Assembly: GCA_965240325.2 (NCBI GenBank) | Contig: OZ251249.1 | Coordinates: 930,001 to 994,000 of the forward strand | DNA: 64,000 bases | DNA from: Rebecca billardiae RCC1528 | Lineage: Eukaryota; Protista; Haptophyta | Reading direction: 5' to 3' | In this document: positions 35,627 through 47,335 of the stretch, one piece after another | Position numbering within the stretch: position 1 is the stretch's first letter | Layout: the number at the start of each line of letters is the position of its first letter | Program-made: the position numbers and the translations under genes | The notes under the pieces: generated by a model | The model's database searches: none | What the model was told of the DNA's origin: nothing | What the model saw: only the letters and a program-made list of their open reading frames with translations

Positions 35627-38600
35627 ATGACGCCACGACTCGTGCTCGCCCTCGCCGCGCTCGCGCTTAGCGCGGGCGGCGCGCGCGGCTTCCACGCGCC
35701 GCGCCCGGCCCGGCACGCCACGCGCACCCGCCTCGGCGCGGCGCCGCTCGCCATGGTCGCGACCGGCACGGCCGCGGCCAACGGCACCGCCGCGGGCGGC
35801 GCGATCGGCGCGGCCGACCTGACGACCGCGTCGTCGATGGCGATGGAGGTGGTCTCGGCGACGCCCTTCTCGCCGCGCGCGGGCGCGAAGCCGCGCACGC
35901 CGCGCAAGTCCCTCCCGCGCCGCGTCGTCGGCGCGATCGGCGGCGTGCTCACCGCGCCCTTCCGCGCGCTGCGGCTGCTCGGCGCGGCGCGCACGGCGGC
36001 GGGCGAGGCGCGCGGGCTGCTGGACGAGGCGTGCGCGATCGACGGCGACGCGGGCGAGTGCGCCGACGCGAGCGCGTACCGCTCGGGCCTCGGCGAGATG
36101 CGCCGCCTCGTGAGCAGCACGCTCGGCGCCGCCTTTGGCCGCGGCGCCGACGCGCGCTCTGCGGACGACGACGCGGGCTTTGCGATGCAGGCGGGCTGGG
36201 AGCAGCGGGGGCAGGGGTCGGCGTTCCGCCGGACGATCGAGGTGTGGCGCTTCCTGCTCTCGGCGGTGCTGCGCGTCGTCAAGGCCTCGCGCCTCTCCAA
36301 GAAGGGCGTGCCGGACGCGGACGTCTCAGCCGCCAAGACGAAGGTGTGGGCCGCGCCGCGCGCCAGCGAGCGCCGCGCGCGCGCGCCGGCCGCGGGGGGA
36401 CGGGCGCCGATGCCGCGCGGCCGCTGGCTGCTGGCGGCGCGCGTGCGTGCGCGCGCGGCGAGGAGGAGGGTCGGCGCCACGCGCGGGGCGTGCTCGCTGC
36501 GAGCGCGTGGCGTGTGCACGCACACTCGGCGCGCCGCGCGGGCGGCGCGCGCTCGCGCCCGCGCGCTGCGCGCTCTCGCCTTCCGCCCACGCGGTGGCGC
36601 CGCGCGGGCTGCGCCCCCCGCCCCGCCCCCCGTCGGCGCAGGCGGCGGAGTACATCCGCGACGGGCTGCTGCAGCTCGGGCCGACGTTCATCAAGCTCGG
36701 CCAGGTCATCTCCACGCGCACCGACGTGCTCGACGCCGAGTACATCGCCGTGCTGCGCTCGCTACAGGACGACGTGCCCGGCTTCAGCGGCGAGCGCGCC
36801 AAGAGTATTGTGAGTAAGGAGCTGGGGCAGCCGTGGGAGCGCACGTTCGACTCGTTCGAGGACGCGCCGATCGCCGCCGCGTCGCTCGGGCAGGTGCGCG
36901 CGCGCGTGCGCGCGTGCGCGCGCGTGCGCGCGCTCGGGCGTGGCGCGGGCGGCGTGCGCGCGGCCCTCACGGCAAGGGGGTTCACGGCGGCTGCGCGCGC
37001 GGCCGCGCTGCGCTGCTTGCTTGATGCGCGCGCGCGGCGGCGGCGCCGCGCTGGCTCGCAGGTGCACTCGGCCGTGCTCAACGGCACGCGCGTGGCGGTG
37101 AAGGTGCAGCGCGCGGGGCTGAAGGAGCTCTTCGACCTCGACCTGAAGAACCTCAAGGCACGCCGCAGAGCGCGCGGCGCCGCCGCCCTCCGCGCGCGGC
37201 CGGCCAGCGCGCGCGGTCAGATCGCGCGCGCGCGCCGTCGGGTGGCGCGCCGCTCAGCCGCGCCGCCGCCGCTCGCCCCGGGCTGCGCGCGCGTGCGCGC
37301 GCAGGTGCTCGCCAAGCTGCTCGACAAGTTCGACCCGAAGACCGACGGCGCCGACCGCGAGTGGGCCGCCATCTACGACGAGTCCGCCAGATTGCTCTAT
37401 CTCGAGATCGACTACCTCAACGAGGCGCGCAACACGCTGCGCTTTGCCAAGAACTTTGAGGCGCAGCGCGACACGGTGCGCGTGCCGCAGGTGTACCTGG
37501 AGTACTCGACGCCGCGCGTGCTCACGATGGAGTACGTGCAGGGGTACAAGCTCACCGAGGTGGCCAAGGTGCGCGCGCCGCACACCGCGCGCGCCGCCCG
37601 CCAGCGTTGGGGCGCGCGCGCGCTCGCGCGCGCGCGCGCGTGCGCGCGTGTGCGCGCGTGTGCGCGCGTGTGCGCGTGTGCGCGTGTGCGCGTGCGCGCG
37701 TGTGCGCGTGCGCGCCCGCCTCCAGCGCTCTCAGCCTGCCAGCTGCGCGGCTGCCCCGCCCTCGCCCCGCCGCCAGCTCGAGTCCCTCGGCCTCGACCGC
37801 TCCCGCCTCGCCAAGAGCGTGGCGGAGACCTTCCTGCAGCAGCTGCTGCGAGACGGGTACTTCCACTGCGACCCGCACCCCGGCAACCTGGTGGCTGACG
37901 CGCAGGGCAGGCTGGTCTTCTACGACTTTGTGCGCGCGGGGAGAAGGGAGGGGCCGGGCGGGCGCGCGGGCGGGCGGGCTGGCGGGTGTGCGGGTGGGGA
38001 GGGGCGCTGAGCGGCCGTCATCCGCCCCGCGCGCGGCTGCGCCGTGCCCCGCGAACGCGCGCCGCTCAGCCGCGCCGCCCGCGCCGCGCCCGCCGCCGCC
38101 ACCGCCTCCACTCGCCTTCGCCTTGGCTCGCCTTCGCCTTGGCCGTCGCCTCTGGCCGCCCGCTCGGCCCCTCGCCTCTGCTCAGGGGATGATGGACGAG
38201 CTGAGCCCGGGCGTGCGCGACGGCTTCCGCGAGTTCTGCTTCGCGCTCTTCGGCGGCGGCCCGTACATCTCCGACGCGCAGCTCGCCGCCAGCGCCAAGC
38301 GGCTGGTCGAGGCGATCGCGCAGATGGGCGTGCTCTCGCGGTCCGCGGACGCGCTCGCGGTCGAAAAGCTTGCGCGCTATTTCATCCGGAGCTTCAAGGA
38401 CGCGCAGCTGGGGAAGGGGCGGTCGAACATCAAGAGCACGCTGGGCAACGACCTGCGCACGCTCACCGACGAGAACGTCTTCCGCTTCCCCTCCACCTTC
38501 ACCTTCGTCTTCCGCGCGTTCGCCTCGATCGACGGCATCGGCAAGGGGCTGGACGAATCCTTCGACCTCGGCCAGCTGGCGCAGGTGCGGGGGAGGGCGC

Positions 38601-39262
38601 GGGGCTGGGCGCGGGGTAAGGCGCACGGGGCCGAGGGGGCGGTCGCGCTGACGCGCTCGGCGCCGCCCTCCCCATCCGCCGCGCCGCCCCGTGCCGCGTG
38701 TGCCACGCGCGTGTGCACGTGTCGCGCGTGCGCACGTGTCTCGTCGGGTGCGCGCGTCGTCGGGTGCGCGCCGTGTGTGCCGCGCGGCCCCCAGCCGTTC
38801 ATCGAGGAGCTGACGGCGTCGTCCTCGACCGCGCTGGACAAGTTCGGCGCGGCGACGGGCCTCAACGTCGCCGACATCTCCTCCGCCGTGCAGTCGCCGC
38901 GCAAGGTCGCGTACCTCGAGCGCACCGTGCGTGCGATGGAGCAGGGCTCCCTCAAGATCCGCGTGCGCTCGCTCGAGAACGAGCGCGCGCTCGAGCGGCT
39001 GGCGGCGCAGCAGGCGACGACGCAGGCGGCGGTGCTCGCGGCGGTCGCGCTGAACGCCGCCGCCGCCGTGCCCGTCGCCGCGCTCACCTACGCGCTGTAC
39101 GCCGCCGCCGGCGCGTTTGGCGCGCAGGCCGCCAAGTGCGCGCTGTCCGTCCAAAAGATCGACAAGAAGAACGCGCAGTTCGTCGCGCCGGCGTTCGAGA
39201 ACACGCGGCCGGGCGGGGTGGACGAGGGCGAGGCCGTCGATGCGGAGGTCGTCGCCGACTGA
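35627..39262 (+). CDS. ABC1/UbiB atypical kinase, plastid-targeted (ABC1K7/8-like), 7 exons
   Basis: LGPTFIKLGQ, IAAASLGQVH, VAVKVQR, EIDYLNEA, FHCDPHPGN, FYDFGMM, FRFPSTFTFVFRAF, LKIRVRSLE. Confidence 0.94.
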
Positions 39263-39497
39263 CGGCGCGCGTCGCAATGGTGTGAACCCGTAGCCACGGG
39301 GCGGGCGCTCGTCACCTTGCCCGCCATCGACCATCGTTATGAATCCGTTAAGCATCGTCCGGAAACGCCGCCCGGTCAGCCCGGGACCGCGGACCGGCGC
39401 GGCGAAAGGAACGAATCCCGCTTTCCGCTTGAAGCGCCCGGCCGCGGGCCGGCCTTCTTCCCGGCAGCCTGGTGGGGCGGCCGCCCGGCAGCATCAA

Positions 39498-41087
39498 ATG
39501 GAACGCCGGCGCCGCGCGAGACGCCCGACGGCGGCGGCGACGGCCGGCGTGGCGCGCGTGGAGGAGCACGCTGGGCTGCAGCTGGCCGACCTGCCGCCCG
39601 AGCTGCTCGAGCGCATCGTCGCGCTCGTCGGCGCGCCGCGCGACCTCGCGCGCGCGAACGCGGCTTCGCGCCTCTTCCGAGGCGGCGGCCGCCGCCGCTC
39701 GGCGGTGGAGCACGCGCTGCGCGAGCGCTCGCGCGCGCGGGGGCACCACGCCGCGCTGCCGTCCACGCTGCCCCCCGACGTGCGCAGCTGGACTGAGGAG
39801 CTCTTCCTCCGCGAGGCCCTCCTGCGCCGCGCGGCCGCGCACGCGCTCGTCGCAGTTGCAGGCGGCCACGGCAACGCTCCGTTCAGCGCGTGCGTGGACG
39901 GGGGCGGCGGGCTGCACACGTGCGGCGAGCAGCGCACGTTCGTCGGCGCGGGCGAGGGCGTGCACTACACCGCGCCGCTCGCGCTCGGCCACCCGCACCT
40001 GCGCGGCGCGCCAGTGCGCGCGCCGACGCGCGTCGCGTCGCTGGCCGGCGTGCGCGTGCGCGCCGTCGCGGCGGGCAGCCGCCACCTGCTCGCGCTGGGC
40101 GAGGAGGGCGCGGTGTACGCGTGCGGCGCGAACGACGCGGGGCAGCTCGGCCTCGGTGACACCGACGCGCGGCCCACCTTCGCGCGCCTCGCGCCGCCGC
40201 GCGGCGCGGCCGCCGAGCGCGCGGGGGCAGCCATGCTGACGGGGGCAGCCATGCTGACTCCCTTTGTGGCCGTGGCGGCGGGCGCCGACCACAGCGTGGC
40301 GCTGTGCGCCGGCGGCGGCGCGTACAGCTGGGGGGACAACTGCTTCGGCCAGCTGGGGCACGGCGACACGGAGGAGCGCTGGGCGCCCACGCGCGTGCAC
40401 GCGCTCCGAGCCGTGCGCGTCGCCGCCGCCTCGGCCGGGCTGCTACACACGCTGCTGCTGTGCGCGGCCGCGGGGCCAGCGTACCCGCATTACTCAGTCT
40501 ACTCGTGCGGGTACGGCGTGTACGGGCGGCTCGGCCACGGCGACGAGCAGGAGCAGCACACGCCGCGGCGGGTGGAGGCGCTGGCGGGTGTGCGCGCGGT
40601 GCACGTGAGCGCGGGGCCGCGGCACAGCCTCGCCCTCGACCAAGCGGGCCGCGTCCATTCCTTCGGCGATGGCGGCCATGGCTGCCTGGGACACGGCGCG
40701 CCCGGCGCGCCCCAGCTCGTGCCGCGCGCCGTCGACGCGCTCGCTGCCGTGCGCGCGGTGCGCGCGGCGGTCGGGTACGGCTCGAGCGCCGCCGTGGGCG
40801 AGGACGGCAGCGTGCACACCCTCGGGATCAACAGCTACGGCCAGCTCGGCCTTGGGCACGCCGCGCCGGCGCCGAGCCCGCAGCGCGTGGGCGCGCTCGC
40901 GCACGCGCGCGTGCTGGGCGTCTCGCTCGGGTACACGCACGCGCTGTTCGTGACGGCGGACGGGGGCGTGCACTCGAGCGGCGAGCAGTCGGGCGCGCTC
41001 GGGCACGGCGTGGGGATGGGCGCGGGGCTCGCCGACCTCGCCACGCCCGCGCGCATCGCGCAGCTCCCGCCGCTGCAGCGCGCGTGA
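39498..41087 (+). CDS. F-box-like + RCC1-repeat protein
   Basis: LADLPPELLERIV at the N-terminus, then repeated VAAGxxHxLAL..YSWGDNxFGQLGHGD. Confidence 0.9.
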   Translation: MERRRRARRPTAAATAGVARVEEHAGLQLADLPPELLERIVALVGAPRDLARANAASRLFRGGGRRRSAVEHALRERSRARGHHAALPSTLPPDVRSWTEELFLREALLRRAAAHALVAVAGGHGNAPFSACVDGGGGLHTCGEQRTFVGAGEGVHYTAPLALGHPHLRGAPVRAPTRVASLAGVRVRAVAAGSRHLLALGEEGAVYACGANDAGQLGLGDTDARPTFARLAPPRGAAAERAGAAMLTGAAMLTPFVAVAAGADHSVALCAGGGAYSWGDNCFGQLGHGDTEERWAPTRVHALRAVRVAAASAGLLHTLLLCAAAGPAYPHYSVYSCGYGVYGRLGHGDEQEQHTPRRVEALAGVRAVHVSAGPRHSLALDQAGRVHSFGDGGHGCLGHGAPGAPQLVPRAVDALAAVRAVRAAVGYGSSAAVGEDGSVHTLGINSYGQLGLGHAAPAPSPQRVGALAHARVLGVSLGYTHALFVTADGGVHSSGEQSGALGHGVGMGAGLADLATPARIAQLPPLQRA

Positions 41088-41210
41088 CGCGCCGCCCGGC
41101 CTGACGATGAGGCTCCGCCCGATGAGCGTCGTGGCATGCAATGGGCAGCAGGCGTGGCGAGGGCGGAGGGCGGCCGCGGCACGTTGAAGCATACTCTTTA
41201 GTCAACTGTA

Positions 41211-43178
41211 TAGGTGGGTCCCTCCCAACTGGGGCGATATTCTGGCGCACTCAGAATGACGTCCTGGATTGTCTCTCACCCAGAATCGACGCTATAAATG
41301 CGTCCCATCGGGGCGGAGCAAAAGTTTCGACCTCAAAACCTACTCCGTCTACTCTGACCGTCTCCGCGTGCCGTCGCGCGGCCGAGCGCGCGCGCGCCGC
41401 GCCAGTAGTGTCACATAGAGATTTTGCGAAGCGTTACTTCATGGTTATGGTGGCTAGATGGCGACATGCGATCGGAATTACTTATTGACAACCGTTGACA
41501 CCCGACCGAACCATTTTATGAAGCAAAGAGTGGGGCTCTATGCTGTGCGCTGATACCTCCAACAAACTACAGCAAGATCGAGCATATTACCCACTTCATA
41601 TATAGCCACTTACCCGTATATAGTATGAGTGTTACCCACTTTATATTGACCGTGGATGCGGTTCACTGTATATTCAAATTCGTTCCGATATGTGGGTACG
41701 TTTGTTGGGTCATCGAATAGGCGCCGAGCGACGCGGACACAGGCAACCCGGGCCGCAACCGGACTGCCTGCGAGTGGCAGTGTTTGTGGCGGGCTGCGTG
41801 CCGAGGAACACAACATCGCCCGCCACCGAGCATGCCACCGTCGTCACACGGGAGCCCTCCGCCGTCGAGGCTGGACTATCAGCCAACGCCACCGCCGGAG
41901 CTTGCCGCGTTCGGCGGCTTCCGTGCTCGTACTCCGCGTGTCACCGGTTGTCGTATGCCCACCCGCGTGAGGCCGCCACCAGTCCATGACTACCGCAGCT
42001 GCAGCCCATGCCGCCGACGATGCCTCCTACCATCTTCTCGCCAGGCAGCAATACGATAGGTTCACCGACGCTGCTGCTAGGCTGAGAGCACTCAGCCAGT
42101 TGGCCGGCGAGACGTCAGATGGTTGAGCTGCTGGCCTAGCCATCACGTTGCGGCTTCCGCTCGCTCAAGTACACCCAACGTGACGACGAGAACGTGCCGG
42201 GCAATCATCAGACATGCGTCTGAGGGGTCTACTACGCCTAGCCGTAGAGTTGCTGAGTACGAGTCTTCGCAGACCACAAGCGGAACGAGTGGGACCACCC
42301 AATGGCAGGAGCAACAGCGTGGGGTGGCACCCGCGCCTGTCAACGCGACCGCGTTCTGTCAAGAATGGACCCATATCCTGCGACCACCCTCGAGCACCGC
42401 ATACTATGCCCACACTCGGCATAGGGAAGGATCGCTGAGCGCCTGCTGCCGCTGTCAAAGGCCCTGCTGATCTTCCTGGCGCTGGATCGTGCACACGGAT
42501 GGCAAGTCGGCGTGCTCGCCGCACATCGCGGCGGCTTCTCAGCATCCCAAGTCCTCAGTGCACCCATCCTAGGCCTGCTGGTCGACGATTGGTACCAACC
42601 CCCACCAAACACGCCCTCTCGGAAGTCGCCAATCGCTTACATGGCTCCCCGAGAGCCCGGGGCTGGCTGTCGTGCGTTCTCACGAGCAGCTTGCGCACAG
42701 CCCAAATGTCACCTTCACGGTGTGTAGAGCTGCTCAAGACGGCGGGGACGTCAAGAACATGCCCATGCCTGATGGTGGCCCATGCCTCCCGTCACCTGAC
42801 CCGCCTGTAGCGAAAAGTGGCCCTGCTCGAAGGCACGGCTCGAACACCCGCCGATCGATTCAAGTTGTCTGTACGCGTCTAGCCGGGCGAGAGTCAAACA
42901 TGCGGGCACGTGTCAGGCGGGGGATGTGTGACCACGGATCCCATCCGTGAGCACGCGCAAAGCGCTGGAGCGCGCGATAGGTGTTGGCTGTGGTCTACCC
43001 GACACACGGCGGCTCGGTCGCGCTGGAGAGGCGCTCCGACATCGTCGGGAGCGTTCAGATCGGACCTCGGCCGGCGGCCCGGCGATTTTCCCGAGCCGCG
43101 CCCCGCGCGAAAGAAATCAGGCCAGAAAACCCGGTAAATGTTTAAAAGACCGCTGGAAAATCGCCAGGGACCCACCTA
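41211..43178 (-). mobile_element. Element E2, copy 2 (inverted, 1968 bp)
   Basis: Reverse-complement match to 29615-31575 from end to end, with the same TIRs. Confidence 0.92.
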
Positions 43179-43516
43179 ATTACAACCGACAGTGGGGCGC
43201 CACGTTCCTTACTACATCCTCATCCTGTCGGCGCGCTGTTGCATCGGCGCCCAGTCGGCGAGTTCGGACGACGACGTTTTGTGGACGACGGTGGGGCGAG
43301 GACGACGGGCGCTGGCGCGCCGCGAGGCGGCCGCAGCCCTCATCCAGGCCTCGCAGGCGGACGGCTGAACGAATTTTTCCGGCGGCGCTACCATCGGCGA
43401 CGGCTTCATGGGCGGTGACAGTTGGCGGGCGTCAATCTCGCCTGCCTGAGCTGTGTGCGTCTCTTATTCTTAGTAAACTGTTGTTGCAAAGGGCGCCCTT
43501 GACAGTACGGATGAGT

Positions 43517-45635
43517 CAAAGGAATGAAAGAGAGATAGGACGGCAACTCCAGTGACCGAGGTCATGCGAAAGACGCCATCGTGCGGGGGGCCGCAGCCCG
43601 CTGAGCCGAGGCGCAAGCCGGGGCCGCACCCTCCCTCCTGCTCCCGGGCGCCGCTCCGCCACGGGCGTGCACGCCGCGAGTTCGACGCGCGCGGCGCTGC
43701 CATGCTGCCGACGCTTCGACCGGATCGTCGACCGGCTGCCGCCGCGCCCGCGCCCGCCGCCGAGCCCACCGGGTGCGCCACGCGCTGCGCGGCATGCGCG
43801 GGCGCCGAACTGACCGGCGCCGCCGCGAGCGCCCGCACGAGGGGCGAGAGAGTGGCAATTTCGCGGGTGTTAAGGTTTGAATGTGGGGTTGGGCCAATCC
43901 AGCTCCCATACAGACCTTAACACCCGCGAAAATGTCCCCAGACCGTGCGCTCACGATGCGCGTATGCTACCTGCCTGGGTGCAATGAAGCTGGTTGTGCA
44001 CCTCTGCGAGCGCCGTCGCCCAAGTCGAGAGAGCGGATATTTCGCGGGTGTCTTTGTTTGGGCAGTGCCCCGTGTTACTACTCTCGGCATACACGCCCAA
44101 AGACCCGCGTTCTAGACCACAGGGCGCGAGCAGACCACGACGCGCACACGCTGCGCGCCTTGGCACAATGCACCTGGCCATGCGACGCCCGTGCGAGCGT
44201 CGTCCGAGGCGAGAGAGGGGGCGATTCGCGGGTGTCTTTGCTTCTTTGGAGGGTTGTGCCCATGCCCTTGGCATGCAGACCTTAACACCCGCGGTTTGTC
44301 CGAAGACCGCGCGCTCACGACAGCGCGCGCGCGCTGCGCGTCGTGGTCAAGCGAATGCAGACTGCCTAGCCCCAACCAGCGTTCGGCACTGGCGGATATC
44401 GACGACGATGCTGAGTCGCGGTCGGAGAGAGACGATGGCAGTCACCTGGGTCAGATTGCAGCCTCTAGAGTCGGCACATACAACAGAGGCTTCTGACTAG
44501 GTGCTAGGCAGCGTGCGCAACGATGATGTTCGGTCTATGAAGTGATCGCGCCTAGCGACTACTGTCCCGCCCGTGATGATAATACCCTGGGCCACTCGGT
44601 TGCATCATGCCATTATTCATGGCATCGCGGTGGATATGAATGGCACGCGCATGATGTCTCCGGCAGGTTTCCTTGAAGATGATACGAGCATCTGCCTGCG
44701 TTGGGCGACGCTCTCTAGGCTCTAGCGCGTTCAAGGATGGCGCAGTTGCTGTTGGCAGTGCTTGCAGCTAGCCGAGTCCTCCACGACGCGCAGCGCGCGC
44801 ACGCTGTCGTGAGCGCGCGCTGTCGTGAGCGCGCGGTCTTCGGACAAACCGCGGGTGTTAAGGTGTGCGTGCCAAGGGCATGGGCACAACCCTCCAAAGA
44901 AGCAAAGACACCCGCGAATCGCCCCCTCTCTCGCCTCGGACGACGCTCGCACGGGCGTCGCATGGCCAGGTGCATTGTACCAAGGCGCGCAGCGTGTGCG
45001 CGTCGTGGTCTGCTCGCGCCCTGTGGTCTAGAACGCGGGTCTTTGGGCGTGTATGCCGAGAGTAGTAACACGGGGCACTGCCCAAACAAAGACACCCGCG
45101 AAATATCCGCTCTCTCGACTTGGGCGACGGCGCTTGCCGAGGTGCACAACCAGCTTCATTGCACCCAGGCAGGTAGCATACGCGCATCGTGAGCGCACGG
45201 TCTGGGGACATTTTCGCGGGTGTTAAGGTCTGTATGGGAGCTGGATTGGCCCAACCCCACATTCAAACCTTAACACCCGCGAAATTGCCACTCTCTCGCC
45301 CCTCGTGCGGGCGCTCGCGGCGGCGCCGGTCAGTTCGGCGCCCGCGCATGCCGCGCAGCGCGTGGCGCACCCGGTGGGCTCGGCGGCGGGCGCGGGCGCG
45401 GCGGCAGCCGGTCGACGATCCGGTCGAAGCGTCGGCAGCATGGCAGCGCCGCGCGCGTCGAACTCGCGGCGTGCACGCCCGTGGCGGAGCGGCGCCCGGG
45501 AGCAGGAGGGAGGGTGCGGCCTCGGCTGCGCCTCGGCTCAGCGGGCTGCGGCCCCCCGCACGATGGCGTCTTTCGCATGACCTCTGCCCGCGCCGCACTA
45601 CTGGGAGTTGCCGTCCTATCTCTTTCATTCCTTTG
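43517..45635. mobile_element. Foldback-type element: ~830-bp inverted arms around a ~430-bp spacer
   Basis: 43517-44346 is the reverse complement of 44781-45635. Ends are CAAAGGAATGAAAGAGA...TCTCTTTCATTCCTTTG, with repeated CGCGGGTGT motifs in the arms. Confidence 0.9.
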
Positions 45636-45691
45636 GTTGGATGGCGTTAATCACGCCTTAACCAAGTGTGCACGTTTCAATCATAGTAAAC

Positions 45692-46392
45692 TGTGGCTGA
45701 GTCAGTTTAAAATCCCCTTTTTAGTGCAGGGGTCGCGATCCGAGTTAGCTAGCCTACCCGAAGCGCCTCGTCGAGAGGAGCACGTAGAGCCCAAGAACGT
45801 CGACGAAGGACCAAAATTGGGCGAGAAAATCCATTTTTTTGAATTTCTGAGAAGTGTGAGTCAGATTGGATCTGAGACTGCTGCCAGCCTGAGCCGCGCG
45901 CCGCGCGGCAGCGCGCGCGCTGGGCGCCGGGCGGCGGCCAGCGCGTCAAGAGGTCACGACGCAGCTAAAGACGCATGTCGCTGCCGCACCCACTGGCGCA
46001 GCTTGCTCAGTGCATCCTGTCAGGCCTGTAGGCAGCGTGTCTGGCGCTTGTCGAGGCCGGCATCACTCCACGCCGCCATCCGACGTGAGCCGCTCCGTGC
46101 CGTGAGCCGAGCTGCTGCATGACTCAGCACCTCGTCCTTGAACATGCCGCATGTCGGCGGTGCTGCTCGCTACGATCACCTCCCTGCTGACTCGGCTGCG
46201 ACCGAGCCCATCCAGTTGGCTCCGATCACCGCGGCTCGCCCAGGACGGCCGACCGCAGGCATGCTGGCAACCGCACGGGCGGCCCACTCTGAGCTTGCGG
46301 GGTGAGTCAGCGGGTTTCGACTTTCTTTAACCGGGCTTTGCGCGGAAAAAGTTTCCCTTCGCCGAAGGGGAATTTAAACTGACTCAGCCACA
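45692..46392. mobile_element. MITE family A, copy 2 (701 bp)
   Basis: Same TIR and interior as 10018-10732, same orientation, flanked by AC/AC. Confidence 0.92.
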
Positions 46393-46507
46393 ACAGGTCT
46401 CTCTTCGGAGAGCGTGCGCTTGAAGGATGGCGCGGCAACCTGCCACCGTGAGCCTTACGCACGTTAAAACAAATAAACTGTACGGAGTGCGACTCGATGA
46501 GCGCACG

Positions 46508-47335
46508 ATGGGCGCCGCGAGCGACTCGCCCGACGAGGAGGAGGCCGCGCTTGTGAGCGGGCGGCGCACAAACCGCGCGGGCGGCGCGCTCGCCGGGCGG
46601 CGCGCGCTCGTGGCCGCGTTCGTGCTGGGCGGCGCCCTGTCGCTCGCGCTGGCGGGCGCGGCGGCGCGGCGCGGCGGTGATGGCGGCGGCGCGCGGCCGC
46701 AGCCGCGCCGCCCGCGCCCGGGCAGCGCGCAGTTTGACGCGTCGGCCGTGCGGCTGCTCGACACGCGCGACTTTGACGGCATGCTCGGCGTGGCGCGCGC
46801 CGCGCCGCGCGGCCGCAAGAACTTCAACTTCCACGCCGCCGACGACGCGCTGCAGGCGTTTGTGAACGCGTGGAGCTGCGACGCGGCCGCAGCGCCCTCG
46901 GCCGCGCCGGACGGCGGCGCGACGGAGGCGGGCGGCGCGTCGCACTGCTCGTACGTGCAGCCGCACCGGCACCGCGAGCCCGAGTCCGTCGTGGTGCTGC
47001 GCGGCGCGCTCGCCTACTTTGTCTTCGACGGCGCCGACGCGCGCACGCCGCGCGCGTGCCACGTGCTGCGCGCGCCGGGCGACGGCGCGGCGGCCGGGCC
47101 TGCGGGCGCGTTCGTGGCGGCGGGCGTGTGGCACTCGATGGCGGCGTTCGCGCCGGCGGGTGGGTACACGGGGCGCGCGGGGCACGCGGTGGTGTGGGAG
47201 GTCAAGCTCAAGCAGCCGGGGCAGTACACCGTCGCGGGCAACAAGGCGTTCCTCAACGGCTCGCTGCCGGAGGCGGGGCCGGGCTCGGCCGCCGCGCAGG
47301 CGGCCGTGCGCGCGTGGATGCGCGACCTGTGCTGA
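46508..47335 (+). CDS. Membrane-anchored WbuC-like cupin-fold metalloprotein, intronless
   Basis: TM segment, then PRGRKNFNFH..LQAFVNA..SYVQPHRH..ESVVVLRG..FD..GVWHS..WEVK. Confidence 0.82.
   Translation: MGAASDSPDEEEAALVSGRRTNRAGGALAGRRALVAAFVLGGALSLALAGAAARRGGDGGGARPQPRRPRPGSAQFDASAVRLLDTRDFDGMLGVARAAPRGRKNFNFHAADDALQAFVNAWSCDAAAAPSAAPDGGATEAGGASHCSYVQPHRHREPESVVVLRGALAYFVFDGADARTPRACHVLRAPGDGAAAGPAGAFVAAGVWHSMAAFAPAGGYTGRAGHAVVWEVKLKQPGQYTVAGNKAFLNGSLPEAGPGSAAAQAAVRAWMRDLC

Noticed and set aside
43860-45285. CRISPR-like repeats (CGCGGGTGTTAAGGT)
   Set aside because: Irregular spacing, mixed orientation, no cas genes and a eukaryotic context; explained by the foldback arms.
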